Counted from the stretch's first letter, positions 1 through 10,973 are shown. The stretch: 64,000 nt of DNA from Methanoregula sp. (GCA_039698055.1 JBDKTL010000048.1:1-64000), one strand, 5' to 3'. Notes: a model not told the origin generated them from the sequence alone. Made by a program: numbers and translations.

Positions 1-692
1 GCCGGTTCAATCCTTATCGATATTAACGAGGAATGGATCACGGGTAACCGGTATTTATCTGTGATGAGTGAGATGATCTCTCTGGATACAGGTGCTGCTG
101 ATTTTACAGCATTATAGAGACACTACCCACCGCCACACGAATACCCATTATGATGCTGACTGTATCAATCGAGGATGATACCTTGGTTAGCATCGCCAGC
201 TGCGGATGCAGCAGACGGTGTCAACAGTCCCTTGCTTGGAACACATCCGGTATCGTCTCTCCACCATGAACAGAGCCGGAGAAGTTGGTAAAGATACCAC
301 GTTGAACAAAAATGCCGTTATCATGGAGTACCTCTGCGATACCTTTAGCCATATTTCTGGACTGCATATTCCCGATCATGTATTTCACATTCCGGTATTT
401 TTCAGAATGATCAAAAATATCGTTGATGACTGCCTGTGGGGTGGACTGCCCGTAATTATAGAAATCGGATGCAAAGACAAAATTTACAGTGAGCCTAAGC
501 CATTTTCCAGCGGCCACCTGTTGCCAGAGTATCACGATTATACCCTACCCGAAGACTAGGGATTGTTCATTATCAGAATGAGTTGTAGTGTCATCAAGGG
601 AATCATATAACGCGAGATGCGGTGAAACAGCCGGCTGTTTAAAGAGTCGACGGGGATAAAAAAAAGGAGGACAAAAATCCCGACGATTTTCC

Positions 693-3600
693 CTACTCAT
701 CTTCTTTGAGGGCCAGGCTCACATCTTTGCGTACGTACGGCTCGATCATGACATCGACCGCTGTTGCCTGGCTTTTATTTTGAACCACTTTTACCGTATA
801 AGTTCCGGCCTGCATGTACTGGAAAGTGAACGGGGTTTTCTGGCCAGTATTTTTGTTGTTGATGTAAATTTTCCCCCCGGAGGGATCGCTGGTCACATTG
901 ATCATCCCGTAGAGATACGGTTGCATTACGAATCGGCGAACCAGATCCTTATTATTCATCCATATCGTGCTTGCCATGGGAATATATCCTGGCTTTGAAA
1001 TTGAAAGGATATGGTGACCATCGGAAACATTGGGTATTGTATAAGGCGTAGAATATCCCGTGGAATAACCATCAAGATAAATATCCGCACCGGGGGGATC
1101 GGATCCCACCCAGAGGTTCTGGAGGGTATAGGTACGTGGCACTATCTGTATCTCATCCAGATTCGTTGAAAATACAATCATTTGCGAAAGGTAGGTATCA
1201 TTCTGTTTTATTGTGATAAAATTGTCTGAATTGGACGACTGTAAATTCACCTTGACAGGGATGCGATATTTCTGGGTCTGGCCATTTACAGTAAAATCAG
1301 AACCCCAATAGGCAGTTGAATTAATAACAGGATCCAACAGGTACGGGTTTTCACCCACGGAAAATAATACCGGTGTGATGACCCCGTTATCAACCCACAC
1401 ATCTTTGGTATCGATCGGGTACGCGACGGTTACTTTTGCATTTCCTGTCAAAATGGATCCTTTCTTCATCACTTTTACCGTATGTTTGCCTTTCTGGAGC
1501 CCGTAGATTACGCTTGGGGTGAAACGGCTGGTTTTCTTTCCGTCGATATAAATCACGGCATCATCCGGAAAAGATTCGACGTATATCCCCCCATAGTTCT
1601 CCTGATCCAGGAGCGTAGCCTGGCCTTCGTTGACTTTTTCCCGTAAAATCAGATTGGACCCTGCGCTGGACATATCGAATTTCAGAGTCTCGTTAACCGT
1701 GACAAAAACCCGCTCGTCTGCGGACGCAAATCCCGATTGTTCAACGGATATGGTATGGTTCCCACCCTGCAACGGTTCAATTGTTGCCGGTGTTGTTTTT
1801 CCGGTATACTGGTAATCGACCGAGATCAACGCACCCGGGGGGTTGGAGAGCACGTGTACCGCATAGGTATGTTGCGAAGGATCAATGCTCTCGACAACTG
1901 GCCCGGATACCGGAAGGGACGAGACGAATTCCGCAGGATCCGGGGAGACCGTGACATTTGTGTCGGTCGTATTCACCGGTTCTTCTGAAAGAGTGGAACT
2001 CTCGTCATGTAAACTCTGCAGGTCTTTTGTTATGTAAAAAACGAAGTTCCGGTTTTCCATATAGTCTCCTTTTTTCTTGACAATGTAACTTCCTATGGTC
2101 GCATTGTTGTTTGTAGGGCGAACTGAACCGGTTACATCCAGAGTCGCGATGCTGATATCCGACGAACCTGAGGTCAATGCATCTCTCCACGGCTGGCCGT
2201 TGAACGTGATCTGGTTGTCATCATCCGCTGTTCCCGAAGCAGCCGTACTCACGACGATGAGTTTCCCGACCTTAAGTTCGGACGTGTTGATCTTCCCGGG
2301 GAACGTCATGCGCGTCGTTGCATTTACGGAATCCACCTGGAAATCCGGAGTTGCATAGATCATATCCGATCCCTCGCCAATCCAGTACTCTGTCGGTTGG
2401 CCCTGCGGATCTTCGTACGCTGCAACCATCATAATCCCGTACACGGCAAATTCATCCTTGTTCATCCCGGTATTTTTGATGGTGAATATCTGCGTTCCAT
2501 TCCAAATCATGTCCGGATTAACAGAATAGCAGAGGGTCTCGGCGGGATAATCGTATATTCCGGATCCCTTGCGATCGAGGTATCGCTTGTCTCCTTTGAG
2601 GGTATCGCCATTATAACTCACCTGGATTGAGGCAGGTTTCCCTTTCAGGTCCCCGGCATTATGGCTCCATGTGGTATACACGTACAGCCGCGCATCCTGT
2701 ACGGTTGCATTCTGCGGGAGGTTCACCGAAACGGAATACGACTTGCTGGTGTCTTTTTCCATGAGACCCGAGTAATCGCTGTCATTTGCGATGATGAGTC
2801 CGCCCACAATCGATTCATGGCGGTATAACGCCAGAGACCTGCCGCCGTACCCATTGGAATCGGATGTGCTGGTTTGAACGGCGGTTGCATCGCCGCTCGA
2901 AGAATTCGTGAGTGCAAGCGAAACCGATGCGGTATCGTCTTTTCCTAACGTAACACCAGTACTCATGTCAGCAAACCCGGATTTTTTCAGGGTAACGATG
3001 TGGTCGCCGATCATAATGTCGTCAAGGGTCGCATCGGTCTGGATTGTCTGGTTTATATCGTCAAGGAACACCCACGCGCCTTTCGGATCAGAACTCACGG
3101 CAATCGACCCGTTTATCTGTTTCAGGTCGAAGTGCACGGTGGCATTCCCGCTCTCGGGGATCGTAACGGTTTCTTCGTCCGGTTCGCGGAAACTCTGGTT
3201 GTTAGCGAGGTTGACCTGAACCGTGTGTTCACCGGCCGTGATCCCGAAGATCGTCACGTTGGTCTGCATTCGTGTTTCCTCATCATCGATACTGATGTCG
3301 GCACCCGGAGGATTGGATGTGACAAGAAGTGATCCTGTCGGATTTTGCGACACCGTAACAGAGAGCAGGGCCAGCGGGATTTTAAAATATACGCCACCCG
3401 TCTCACCAAACTCAGATGCTGCCCCGTTTCCCTCTTTGTACTCAAGGGTGCTGTCATCGCCCGGCGTGATCGAATCTATCACATCGGTCCAGGAGTCTGA
3501 ACCAAAATACGCGCCCCCGGGACTCCCCGATAATTGCTCTTCGCTGTTAAACGTATAGATGCCATTATTACTGGCCATGTACAGCACGGATAACTTCGCA

Positions 3601-4379
3601 TCTCGCTCCAGAGGCTCATCGCCCGTATCGTCAGGAATCTTTGATGTGCCAAATGATGTCTCGCCAACGTACCCGTTGTCTTTCTGCGTATTCATCGCAT
3701 CGTGACCCTGGTTCACCCAGTAATACACCTTGTTGGCACTTCCATCGTTATACGCCACGACCAATGCGATAAATTTGATACGACCGTCAAACGAGGAACT
3801 GACGTGTTCCGTATTCACGTTGACACCGACAGAATCCGAGGTGATCTTATCCTTGACATCGTACCACATAAGATAATCGCTCGTCACCCGGTTCATATGA
3901 TCGTTTATTATGACCGGGCCGCTTCCTCCGTCCCCGGGAAAAGTGTACGGGACGTTAAGACTCTCATCGCCGAGGTTTGTCTCGTACGTCCCGTCACCGT
4001 TTCTGTCAAACGTTACGTGGGCGATCCCGTTGTAGTTATTCTGCATATGGCCACAATAAACGCCAACATATACCCGGGCCCATTCTATCGTGGTATATTT
4101 CGGCAGGGCAAATGATTTCTGCGCGGACCTGGCAAATCCCTGGTAGGCGTCAAACCAGAGTCCCCCGGATACCACCCCGTTTTGCTCCGTTCTAAGCGGA
4201 ATCCCCCCATAGTAAGGATTGGCACTTGCGATTGAAACCAGGAATGCTATTCCAATAATCAGGACAAGGTGGATCGGCCGGAAACCCCGGACGCGTTTCG
4301 ATCCCGGTTGTGCGGTACTCTCACGCTTTCTCGACATGGAGAAATGATGGGGGGCTGGATAGATGGAGGATGAGTACAT
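693..4379 (-). CDS. Secreted DUF3344 (two domains) + six PEGA-repeat surface protein, 1228 aa
   Basis: N-terminal hydrophobic signal ending ASA. DUF3344-type motifs (YYGGIPL, WARVYVGVYCGHMQ, NRVTSDY, FDGRIK, YWVNQGHD) plus a second variant (ARLYVYTTW, YLDRKGSG). Six 'G-x-x-x-V-x-S-x-P-x-G-A-x-I-x-x-D' PEGA repeats. True start may be a downstream Met (MSRKRES). Confidence 0.85.
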   Translation of the reverse strand: MYSSSIYPAPHHFSMSRKRESTAQPGSKRVRGFRPIHLVLIIGIAFLVSIASANPYYGGIPLRTEQNGVVSGGLWFDAYQGFARSAQKSFALPKYTTIEWARVYVGVYCGHMQNNYNGIAHVTFDRNGDGTYETNLGDESLNVPYTFPGDGGSGPVIINDHMNRVTSDYLMWYDVKDKITSDSVGVNVNTEHVSSSFDGRIKFIALVVAYNDGSANKVYYWVNQGHDAMNTQKDNGYVGETSFGTSKIPDDTGDEPLERDAKLSVLYMASNNGIYTFNSEEQLSGSPGGAYFGSDSWTDVIDSITPGDDSTLEYKEGNGAASEFGETGGVYFKIPLALLSVTVSQNPTGSLLVTSNPPGADISIDDEETRMQTNVTIFGITAGEHTVQVNLANNQSFREPDEETVTIPESGNATVHFDLKQINGSIAVSSDPKGAWVFLDDINQTIQTDATLDDIMIGDHIVTLKKSGFADMSTGVTLGKDDTASVSLALTNSSSGDATAVQTSTSDSNGYGGRSLALYRHESIVGGLIIANDSDYSGLMEKDTSKSYSVSVNLPQNATVQDARLYVYTTWSHNAGDLKGKPASIQVSYNGDTLKGDKRYLDRKGSGIYDYPAETLCYSVNPDMIWNGTQIFTIKNTGMNKDEFAVYGIMMVAAYEDPQGQPTEYWIGEGSDMIYATPDFQVDSVNATTRMTFPGKINTSELKVGKLIVVSTAASGTADDDNQITFNGQPWRDALTSGSSDISIATLDVTGSVRPTNNNATIGSYIVKKKGDYMENRNFVFYITKDLQSLHDESSTLSEEPVNTTDTNVTVSPDPAEFVSSLPVSGPVVESIDPSQHTYAVHVLSNPPGALISVDYQYTGKTTPATIEPLQGGNHTISVEQSGFASADERVFVTVNETLKFDMSSAGSNLILREKVNEGQATLLDQENYGGIYVESFPDDAVIYIDGKKTSRFTPSVIYGLQKGKHTVKVMKKGSILTGNAKVTVAYPIDTKDVWVDNGVITPVLFSVGENPYLLDPVINSTAYWGSDFTVNGQTQKYRIPVKVNLQSSNSDNFITIKQNDTYLSQMIVFSTNLDEIQIVPRTYTLQNLWVGSDPPGADIYLDGYSTGYSTPYTIPNVSDGHHILSISKPGYIPMASTIWMNNKDLVRRFVMQPYLYGMINVTSDPSGGKIYINNKNTGQKTPFTFQYMQAGTYTVKVVQNKSQATAVDVMIEPYVRKDVSLALKEDE

Positions 4380-4556
4380 ACTCTTGTGTATTTTAAAATA
4401 TGATTATTAAACACTATTTAATTATTCATGATATTTTTTGTTACGATATAGTTAATTAATGTAAAAATTGCAGAAATCCGACGAAACGGAAAATATGCGC
4501 TCCAGACAACCGGAAAATGAGATTTAAACTCAATTTAACAGGATTTGCAGGATTCA

Positions 4557-5711
4557 TTATTCCTCAAAGCCGGCACTCACCATTAACGGGTACATATACG
4601 CGGTCGTATTGGTACCGGTAACGAAGCGCTGCGCGTATTCGTCAAGCACTGCATGTGGGTTTACCTCGCTGAATTGTTCCGGGTGGAGTGCCCGGGACAG
4701 GTACAGCAGCCCGATCACGGCGCGGGGCCCGTACACGATATCGTTCGACATCACGTACACGCGCCCGTTCTGTACCGCGCTCACGTTCCTGATGCCGTCC
4801 CGTGCCTGGATTTTTGCCAGGGCATCGGGGAATGTCAGGTTGCTCTGCGTGGCTGCAACCACTTTTACGATAACATCGGGGTTTTCCGCATAGACCCACT
4901 CGGCATTTACCTTGGGGGAGGACGCCGGCAGCAGGCCTGCAATATTGCGGCCGCCTGCCATGGAGAGAAGAGTATCCGCACCGGTTCCACCTGTTAGGGT
5001 GGTGTAATCAGAATAGGACTCGAAGTACACCCGGGGCCGGGAATTTCCAGATATATTCCCGGTGCGCGATTCTGCGAGGGTCTCGTACTTCCGGAGGAAC
5101 TCAATGTAATCTTCTGCGCCTTGTTCATGGCCGGTGATATTCCCGAGTTTTCGCGTATCGGAAGCAAGCGTGTCGATCTTATAACAATCGATGGGCAGGA
5201 TCGTGATGTTCGATGCAGTGATTTTATCGATATTTTTGGGCAGGTAACTCGCATAACTGACGACTGCATCCGGGTGCAGCGAGAGGATTTTCTCGACATC
5301 GGGCGCCTGCCAGGAACCGATACTGTCGACACCCGCAAACTCCGGACCAAGCACCGGGTGAGTCTTTACCGTTTCGGAAACGCCGACAATTTCGTCTTTT
5401 GCCCCGATTGCAATAAGAAGCTCCGCTGCGTTTGAATTGGTGACAATGATGCGCCGGACAGGGATCGTTAGGTTTGGTGTGGGTGCAGCGGAGGGAAGAA
5501 CCGGGGTGGATACCGTAGCGGACGGGGCCGGTATGACCTCAACGTGGGAAGTATCCCCCGATGCAGGGGAGGATACGCATCCGGCCGCTGCAACGGCACC
5601 AACAACCAGGCACACGAGGACGAGGAGGCGTTCTGCACGGGATGTAACCAACGTCAGGTTCCCTGAATTTTGCGTACTGTTTTGTTTTGTCATCGTATCA
5701 TTCCGTTTCAT
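4557..5711 (-). CDS. ABC transporter substrate-binding lipoprotein, BtuF/FepB/TroA-like (cobalamin/heme/siderophore class)
   Basis: Lipobox-like AAGC. Motifs RRIIVTNSNAAE, PDVEKILSLHPDAV, PRVYFE, AGGRNI, AVQNGRVY, GPR. Confidence 0.88.
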   Translation of the reverse strand: MKRNDTMTKQNSTQNSGNLTLVTSRAERLLVLVCLVVGAVAAAGCVSSPASGDTSHVEVIPAPSATVSTPVLPSAAPTPNLTIPVRRIIVTNSNAAELLIAIGAKDEIVGVSETVKTHPVLGPEFAGVDSIGSWQAPDVEKILSLHPDAVVSYASYLPKNIDKITASNITILPIDCYKIDTLASDTRKLGNITGHEQGAEDYIEFLRKYETLAESRTGNISGNSRPRVYFESYSDYTTLTGGTGADTLLSMAGGRNIAGLLPASSPKVNAEWVYAENPDVIVKVVAATQSNLTFPDALAKIQARDGIRNVSAVQNGRVYVMSNDIVYGPRAVIGLLYLSRALHPEQFSEVNPHAVLDEYAQRFVTGTNTTAYMYPLMVSAGFEE

Positions 5712-5804
5712 TTCTTTTGTTGTTTTCTGGCGCGGGTATCGCGCTTCGCAATCCCCGGTTTTGCCTTTGTTTTTGCTGGAGAAACGCAGTCACAGGTACC
5801 GGCC

Positions 5805-7019
5805 TCACGAATGCTGTATCGCTTCGACCGGGTTGAGCCGTGCGGCTTTAATCGCCGGGTAGATTCCGGAGACCAGCGAGAGAAACACCGCAACAAAAAA
5901 TCCCAGCAGCAGGATCTGCGGTGTGACAAGCGTAAGATCGTACCGTGCAAAGCCCGAGAACAGGTCTCCCATCTGGGCGATCAGGTACGCCTTTCCGATA
6001 GTATTGATCCCCCACGAAAAGATAATTCCCAGAAGATCCCCGAGCAATCCCCCGATCACCCCGATATACAGGCACTCGATCAGGATGAGGATGACCACGT
6101 CCCCCTGGGAAGCCCCGACGGCCATGCTCACCCCGATCTCGCGGGTTCGTTCGTATACCGACATGACCATCGTATTGACGATCATGAGCGCACCCACGAT
6201 AAGCGAGATCGCGGCGAAGATGGAAAGGAAGAGTATGACGAGATCCATGAGCCGGTTGACCTGTTCGATCTGGCGGAACGCCCCGTCTGCCGTGAGGCCC
6301 AGGGACTGGATATCCTTTACAACGGCAAACACGTTTTCGGGGTCGTCGACTCGGACATACACGGTGCTGTACGGCATCGACTCATTGGCAATCGTTTTTA
6401 CCGACCCGATGTCCATAATCGCGATACTGTCCAGCAGATCCCCGCGTTCCCGAAGCGTCCCGACCGACTGGAGAGCCACTTTACGATCACGGGGGGCGCC
6501 GTTCGGGTCGTAGTCGCGTATGACGACCGTGAAGAGATCTCCCGATCGTATGCCCTCGTATTTTCGCAGTTTTTCCGAGATGTCGTACCCGAGGACCACC
6601 TGGTTGGACGACGGGACAAAGGAGCCCCCGTACGTGTACGAGGGTTTAAAGATGGCCGAGAAGTCATCTCCGCTGATCCCGGTAACGCCGAGGTACGTCT
6701 GCTGGAGCGTGGAAAACGATAACTCGTAGACCGGGGCCGCTGCCCGGACGTGGGTCAGGTTTCGTATCAGCGCTACTTTTGAGTCCGTGACAGGAATGAC
6801 CGTTCCATCATGGACCGTCCCGGTCACTTCGATAAGCGTGAGATCCGACTGCTGCCTGATGCTTTCAATCGCCTGGTACCGTATCCCTTCGCCAAAGGAG
6901 ATGATACCGACTACTGCCGCGATGCCGATTGCGATCCCGAATGCGGTAAGGAGAACCCGCATCCGTTTCTTCTGGAGCTGCCGGGCGGAAAGTTTCGCGT
7001 AATCCACCAGTTTTACCAT
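5805..7019 (-). CDS. MacB/FtsX-family ABC permease
   Basis: R-x-x-LTAFGIAIGIAAVV, large extracellular loop, IVNTMVMSVYERTREIG, GIYPAIKAARLNPVEAI. Confidence 0.92.
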   Translation of the reverse strand: MVKLVDYAKLSARQLQKKRMRVLLTAFGIAIGIAAVVGIISFGEGIRYQAIESIRQQSDLTLIEVTGTVHDGTVIPVTDSKVALIRNLTHVRAAAPVYELSFSTLQQTYLGVTGISGDDFSAIFKPSYTYGGSFVPSSNQVVLGYDISEKLRKYEGIRSGDLFTVVIRDYDPNGAPRDRKVALQSVGTLRERGDLLDSIAIMDIGSVKTIANESMPYSTVYVRVDDPENVFAVVKDIQSLGLTADGAFRQIEQVNRLMDLVILFLSIFAAISLIVGALMIVNTMVMSVYERTREIGVSMAVGASQGDVVILILIECLYIGVIGGLLGDLLGIIFSWGINTIGKAYLIAQMGDLFSGFARYDLTLVTPQILLLGFFVAVFLSLVSGIYPAIKAARLNPVEAIQHS

Positions 7020-7684
7020 GCCTCGGTCACCTTCCCGTCGACAAGCTGGAACGAGCGATCCGCGTACGCGCCGAAATCCCGTTCATGGGTGACGACAAAA
7101 AACGTGGTTTTCTGCTCCCTGTTGATGGAACGCATCAGCCCGAAGATCTCGTCGCTCGTTTTTTGATCCAGGTTGCCGGTCGGTTCGTCTGCAAAGATGA
7201 TCGGCGGGTCGTTGACGAGCGCCCGGGCGATGGCCACACGCTGCTGCTCGCCCCCGCTCATCTGGGAGGGATGGTGGTTCCTGCGATTTTGGAGGCCTAC
7301 ACATTCGAGAAGTTCCCCGGCGCGGCGTGCCCGGGTTTCCGGGTCGTGGTAATTGAAAAGCATGGGGTACTCCACGTTCTCCTGTGCGGTCAGGTAGGGC
7401 AGGAGGTTGAACTGCTGGAACATGAACCCGATTTTTGTCCTCCGCAGGTCCACGAGTTGGGACCCGTCACGGTAATCCACGGGTATCCCGTCGAGCGTGA
7501 GGTTTCCCGAAGTCGGGCTGTCAAGGCACCCGAGGATATGGAGCAGGGTACTTTTTCCCGATCCGCTCCTCCCGATCAGGGTTATGAATTCTCCTTTTTC
7601 TATGCAAAAACTCGCATCTTTCAGGGCAGGTACGGTTTTTGAATACGTTTTTGCAAGTTTGTCTGCGATAATGATGGGTGGCAT
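7013..7684 (-). CDS. ABC ATP-binding protein, LolD/MacB-type
   Basis: [42 protein letters not shown]. Overlaps the permease start. Confidence 0.95.
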   Translation of the reverse strand: MPPIIIADKLAKTYSKTVPALKDASFCIEKGEFITLIGRSGSGKSTLLHILGCLDSPTSGNLTLDGIPVDYRDGSQLVDLRRTKIGFMFQQFNLLPYLTAQENVEYPMLFNYHDPETRARRAGELLECVGLQNRRNHHPSQMSGGEQQRVAIARALVNDPPIIFADEPTGNLDQKTSDEIFGLMRSINREQKTTFFVVTHERDFGAYADRSFQLVDGKVTEAW

Positions 7685-7693
7685 GACTGGCTC

Positions 7694-8668
7694 CTAGGAA
7701 TACTCCACCTGGAGGATCGCGTTTGTCAAAAGGAGATAATCCCCCCGGTCCTGGACTGCGACAAAATTTGCCTTTTCCGCCATATACGGCGTCACGTCCA
7801 GGGTTTCGATCCCGATCTGCTGCTGGCTGTCGGACATAAAGACATCCTCCCACACCTTACCTCTTGCCTCCGGGAAGACCAGGTTGAGAATCACGGAGAA
7901 AAACGTGGGCAGTTCCTCGTTTTGTTCGTGGTTCATGTACACGGCATTTTTCCCGATGAGGTCCGATCGCGTGTATCCTCCTGAGGGGGCAACGAGTTCA
8001 AGGGTCGCGCCCTTCATCCGGCCAAGGTCGATCTCCCGGTCAAAATCCACCCGGCTGGTCGCCATCTCCGGTGTGATGCCGTAACTGCTGTACAGCATGT
8101 CGCACCCTTCGCTGACCGCGATCATCCGTTCAGGTGCCGACGGGCTTTCGTATACCGTGAGGAGACCGGCCCCCTGGATCACAAAGGTGCTGTTGTCTTC
8201 CCCGGTATTTGCGACTTCGAACATCACCGTATTCTGTCCCGGAAAAAGATTGCCCCCGGAAAAAGTGTCCATGCCGGAAAAGAAATCACTGGGGCCTGAA
8301 ACACCCTTGCTGTCCACGAACCGGGCGGCAGCGTCAGTACCGCCCGGCTGCTGCGTGCAGCAGGTGACGGCGATCGAAGGATACACTGCCTCCAGATCCC
8401 GCCGGCTCCATGCCCAGTAGATAAAGTATCTCTGGTACCGGACGACGGCGTCCTGCGGCAGGTCAACGGTAAATGCAACGGCGTACCGGCCGCCGCTTGC
8501 AATGGTGCCGCTGTATGTACTGTTGCCCACGGAAAATACGTATCCGCCGTGCATCTTATCTGAAAACGCTGTCGTGAGAGGTTTGTCTCCCGCATAAGTC
8601 GCCCCTGCCGGGAGGATCAGGATGGCGGCGCACAGCATGGTCACCATCATCCTACTTCGGGAAGTCAT
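7694..8668 (-). CDS. Secreted single-domain DUF3344-like protein
   Basis: Signal peptide (..ILILPAGA), YAGDKPL, FIYWAW, FVDSKG, SEGCDMLY. Start placed at the ATG at 8668, which overlaps the upstream stop (ORF track start 8728). Confidence 0.75.
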   Translation of the reverse strand: MTSRSRMMVTMLCAAILILPAGATYAGDKPLTTAFSDKMHGGYVFSVGNSTYSGTIASGGRYAVAFTVDLPQDAVVRYQRYFIYWAWSRRDLEAVYPSIAVTCCTQQPGGTDAAARFVDSKGVSGPSDFFSGMDTFSGGNLFPGQNTVMFEVANTGEDNSTFVIQGAGLLTVYESPSAPERMIAVSEGCDMLYSSYGITPEMATSRVDFDREIDLGRMKGATLELVAPSGGYTRSDLIGKNAVYMNHEQNEELPTFFSVILNLVFPEARGKVWEDVFMSDSQQQIGIETLDVTPYMAEKANFVAVQDRGDYLLLTNAILQVEYS

Positions 8669-10454
8669 ACGTGCCCTGTGCCAGGTTGTTTGCCCGGTCC
8701 GGATCCTGTACAAGACCTGCCTCGTCAACCGTGACCTTGATCCCGTGGGTTCCCGGCATGGTAAAAACGGGGATGTCGACGATTACCGAAGCATGCGCTT
8801 TTATGCCATCCTCAATTTGTTTGTCCGCGATCTTCTCCCCATCAAGGTACACGGTGACCGTAAACGCCGGTGAATCGCTTCCCCCGGCATTGGTGATCTG
8901 CACGGGAAGCACGTATTCCTGGACATCCGTGACAGCGCCCACCGGTGCCACCACTGCGAAGACGCCGGCGAGGAGGACAAGCGAGAGGACAAACACGGGA
9001 AGCGCAGAGCCGGGACCGCGGCGGCGGAGAAGAATAAGGACACAGAGCCCGGCAAGCAGCGTGAGAACCGGCAGCGGTGCCTGTGTCGGCGCTGCAGCGG
9101 CAGCATCGGTTTTATGAACCGGAGATTTGATGGATACGGACAGATCGGGAGGAGTCCCGACAGTTATCCGCCGGGTCGCGGCATCGTTGTCCGGTTGTGT
9201 ATCGCCGGTTGCCGATACCTTTGCAGAGACGTCAACTGTTCCCGTCGTGGCCTTCCAGGGGACGCTTACCTGGGCGATCCCGCTTGCAGGAATGACTGCC
9301 TGCGTCGTGTTGATTTCCGCAGAGCCGACCAAAAACGTCACCGGAACCGGGCCACCAGGCAGCGTCCCGTAGTCCCGGATCTCGGCAGTTATGGTTGCAG
9401 TTTCGCCATCGTACGCATTGTCGATCTGGATCTGATCGACTGCGAGATCCGGCGCAGCCGGGACCCCGGGTTTTGTAATCGCGAGGATCGCGCAGACCGG
9501 GTGGATGTAATCCTCCCCTTCAGGAGAATCGCCGGTCGTCACGACAACGCCATCCCCGTTCAGGTCGATTCCCCTGATGAACCGGATGGTGTTTGCTTCT
9601 TTCATGAGTGCCGTAACCGGGAATGTCTCGGCATCGGTATACCGCGAGGGAATGCCTGTGCCCCCGGTTGCATCGAACGAGGTTTCGTCCCCGATGTCCG
9701 TGACATTGGTCCCGTTCACGACCCGGACCGGGACACCAAGGGTGTTTCCATTGAACTGCACGTAATCCGGCTGGCCCCGGGTCCCGGCAATTTCGAGTGT
9801 GGTGAGGTTGGCGGAGGTCATGCCGGATATCCCTGCCCCGGTAAAGGTGATGTTTGTCTCATCGTGGCGCGTGGGGTTTGTCCCGGCCCACCCTTCACCG
9901 TGGAGATCCTCGTTGCCTTCCGCGATCCAGTACTGGGTCGTTATCCCGCTACCGGGCTCTTTGACTGCTGCGGCCACGAGGATACCGTAGACCCTCCCGT
10001 CAAGCTTGTTTCCCGATTCGCCTTTGCTGGTGTTGACGGTGATGAGGTTGTTGCCTTTCTTGAGGACATCCGTGGCATCGTACGCGATCCAGTAGACCCC
10101 GTGCCCTGCTTCGTAGACATCCCGGTTCATGTCCCGGTTGCCGTTGAGCGTGTACGTGATCTTCCTGAGATTGTTGATGTTGATATCCGCCCAGCCGGTA
10201 TATTTTTCCGTGCCGCCCCAGATCCCGGCGTATACCCGGGCGTACTGTGGCTGCCCGGGAAGGTCGAACTGGAGCGAGTACGGCGGGTTTTCAAGACCAT
10301 ATCTGCCAAACGTGAGCAATTCCCCGTTGACAGCACCCTGTGCGTGGATGGAAAGGGGAATTCCTTCGAAATCGTACAGGGCCACAACAGGACCTACTAA
10401 GAATGCTGAGATCAACGCGGCAAGAATAAGATAAACCGGTTTATGGGAGAACAT
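8652..10454 (-). CDS. DUF3344 + CARDB membrane-anchored surface protein
   Basis: Signal peptide, YDFEGIPL, YARVYAGIWGG, LDGRVYG, YWIAEGNEDLH, CARDB PDLAV..DND, internal TM hairpin, C-terminal CARDB. Confidence 0.8.
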   Translation of the reverse strand: MFSHKPVYLILAALISAFLVGPVVALYDFEGIPLSIHAQGAVNGELLTFGRYGLENPPYSLQFDLPGQPQYARVYAGIWGGTEKYTGWADININNLRKITYTLNGNRDMNRDVYEAGHGVYWIAYDATDVLKKGNNLITVNTSKGESGNKLDGRVYGILVAAAVKEPGSGITTQYWIAEGNEDLHGEGWAGTNPTRHDETNITFTGAGISGMTSANLTTLEIAGTRGQPDYVQFNGNTLGVPVRVVNGTNVTDIGDETSFDATGGTGIPSRYTDAETFPVTALMKEANTIRFIRGIDLNGDGVVVTTGDSPEGEDYIHPVCAILAITKPGVPAAPDLAVDQIQIDNAYDGETATITAEIRDYGTLPGGPVPVTFLVGSAEINTTQAVIPASGIAQVSVPWKATTGTVDVSAKVSATGDTQPDNDAATRRITVGTPPDLSVSIKSPVHKTDAAAAAPTQAPLPVLTLLAGLCVLILLRRRGPGSALPVFVLSLVLLAGVFAVVAPVGAVTDVQEYVLPVQITNAGGSDSPAFTVTVYLDGEKIADKQIEDGIKAHASVIVDIPVFTMPGTHGIKVTVDEAGLVQDPDRANNLAQGTYDFPK

Positions 10455-10580
10455 GATCGCGACCTTTTGTGTATTACCTATTTGTACAATAATAATAACA
10501 ATTCTGATAAAGATTCTTATTTTAACTTGTTAAGTCTGACAATTTTACCAAAAGTCTGAATCGTTTGCAATTCTCCAAGG

Positions 10581-10973
10581 GTGCCATTATACCGGGACTT
10601 GCCGGCCTGTTCTTTCATTGCCACTTCACCGGGCTTCTCATACTTCGCCATAACCGTGAAAGCCACCACCACGGTCGTACCAACCGCTACCAGTACAACG
10701 TCCGTTGAATCATCCACAGGAACTGCTGCCCAAGCCGCCGTCCCGACTCAGTCTGCAACGGTCGCCAGCAGGACCGCTGTCACCAAGACCGCCCCTTCCC
10801 AGACTACTTCCGCTCCGGCTTCTACATCCAGCGATACCGGGTCTTCAGGAGTCTCAATCGTTACTCTCGGTATCGCAGCAGCAGGAATCATCCTCGTGGT
10901 TGTCGCGATTGTCATCGGCAAACGCTGGTGGATCAGAAGATAGAACCCCGCACTTTTCAGGGAATACAAATAA
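10581..10973 (+). pseudogene. Orphan C-terminal remnant of a PGF-pre-PGF surface protein with premature amber stop
   Basis: ATSPGFSYFAI (end of a PGF-pre-PGF domain), Thr/Ser linker, TM helix, then RWWIRR*NPALFREYK*. The TAG at 10941 interrupts a tail I recall as RRWWIRRQNPALF. No N-terminal part is present. Confidence 0.7.

Noticed and set aside
1-600. Overlapping ORFs 206-559 (+) and 221-535 (-)
   Set aside because: No recognisable motif, and I cannot tell which strand, if either, is coding. Possibly a decayed gene.
5670-10400. Long antisense ORFs such as 5670-6722 and 9114-10400 (also 32131-33123, 45390-46325, 57721-58911, 58427-59434)
   Set aside because: These are shadow frames of well-supported GC3-rich genes on the opposite strand.
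10941-10943. In-frame TAG as a pyrrolysine readthrough site
   Set aside because: The fragment also lacks its 5' part, there are no pyl genes in the window, and a CAG to TAG mutation is simpler.
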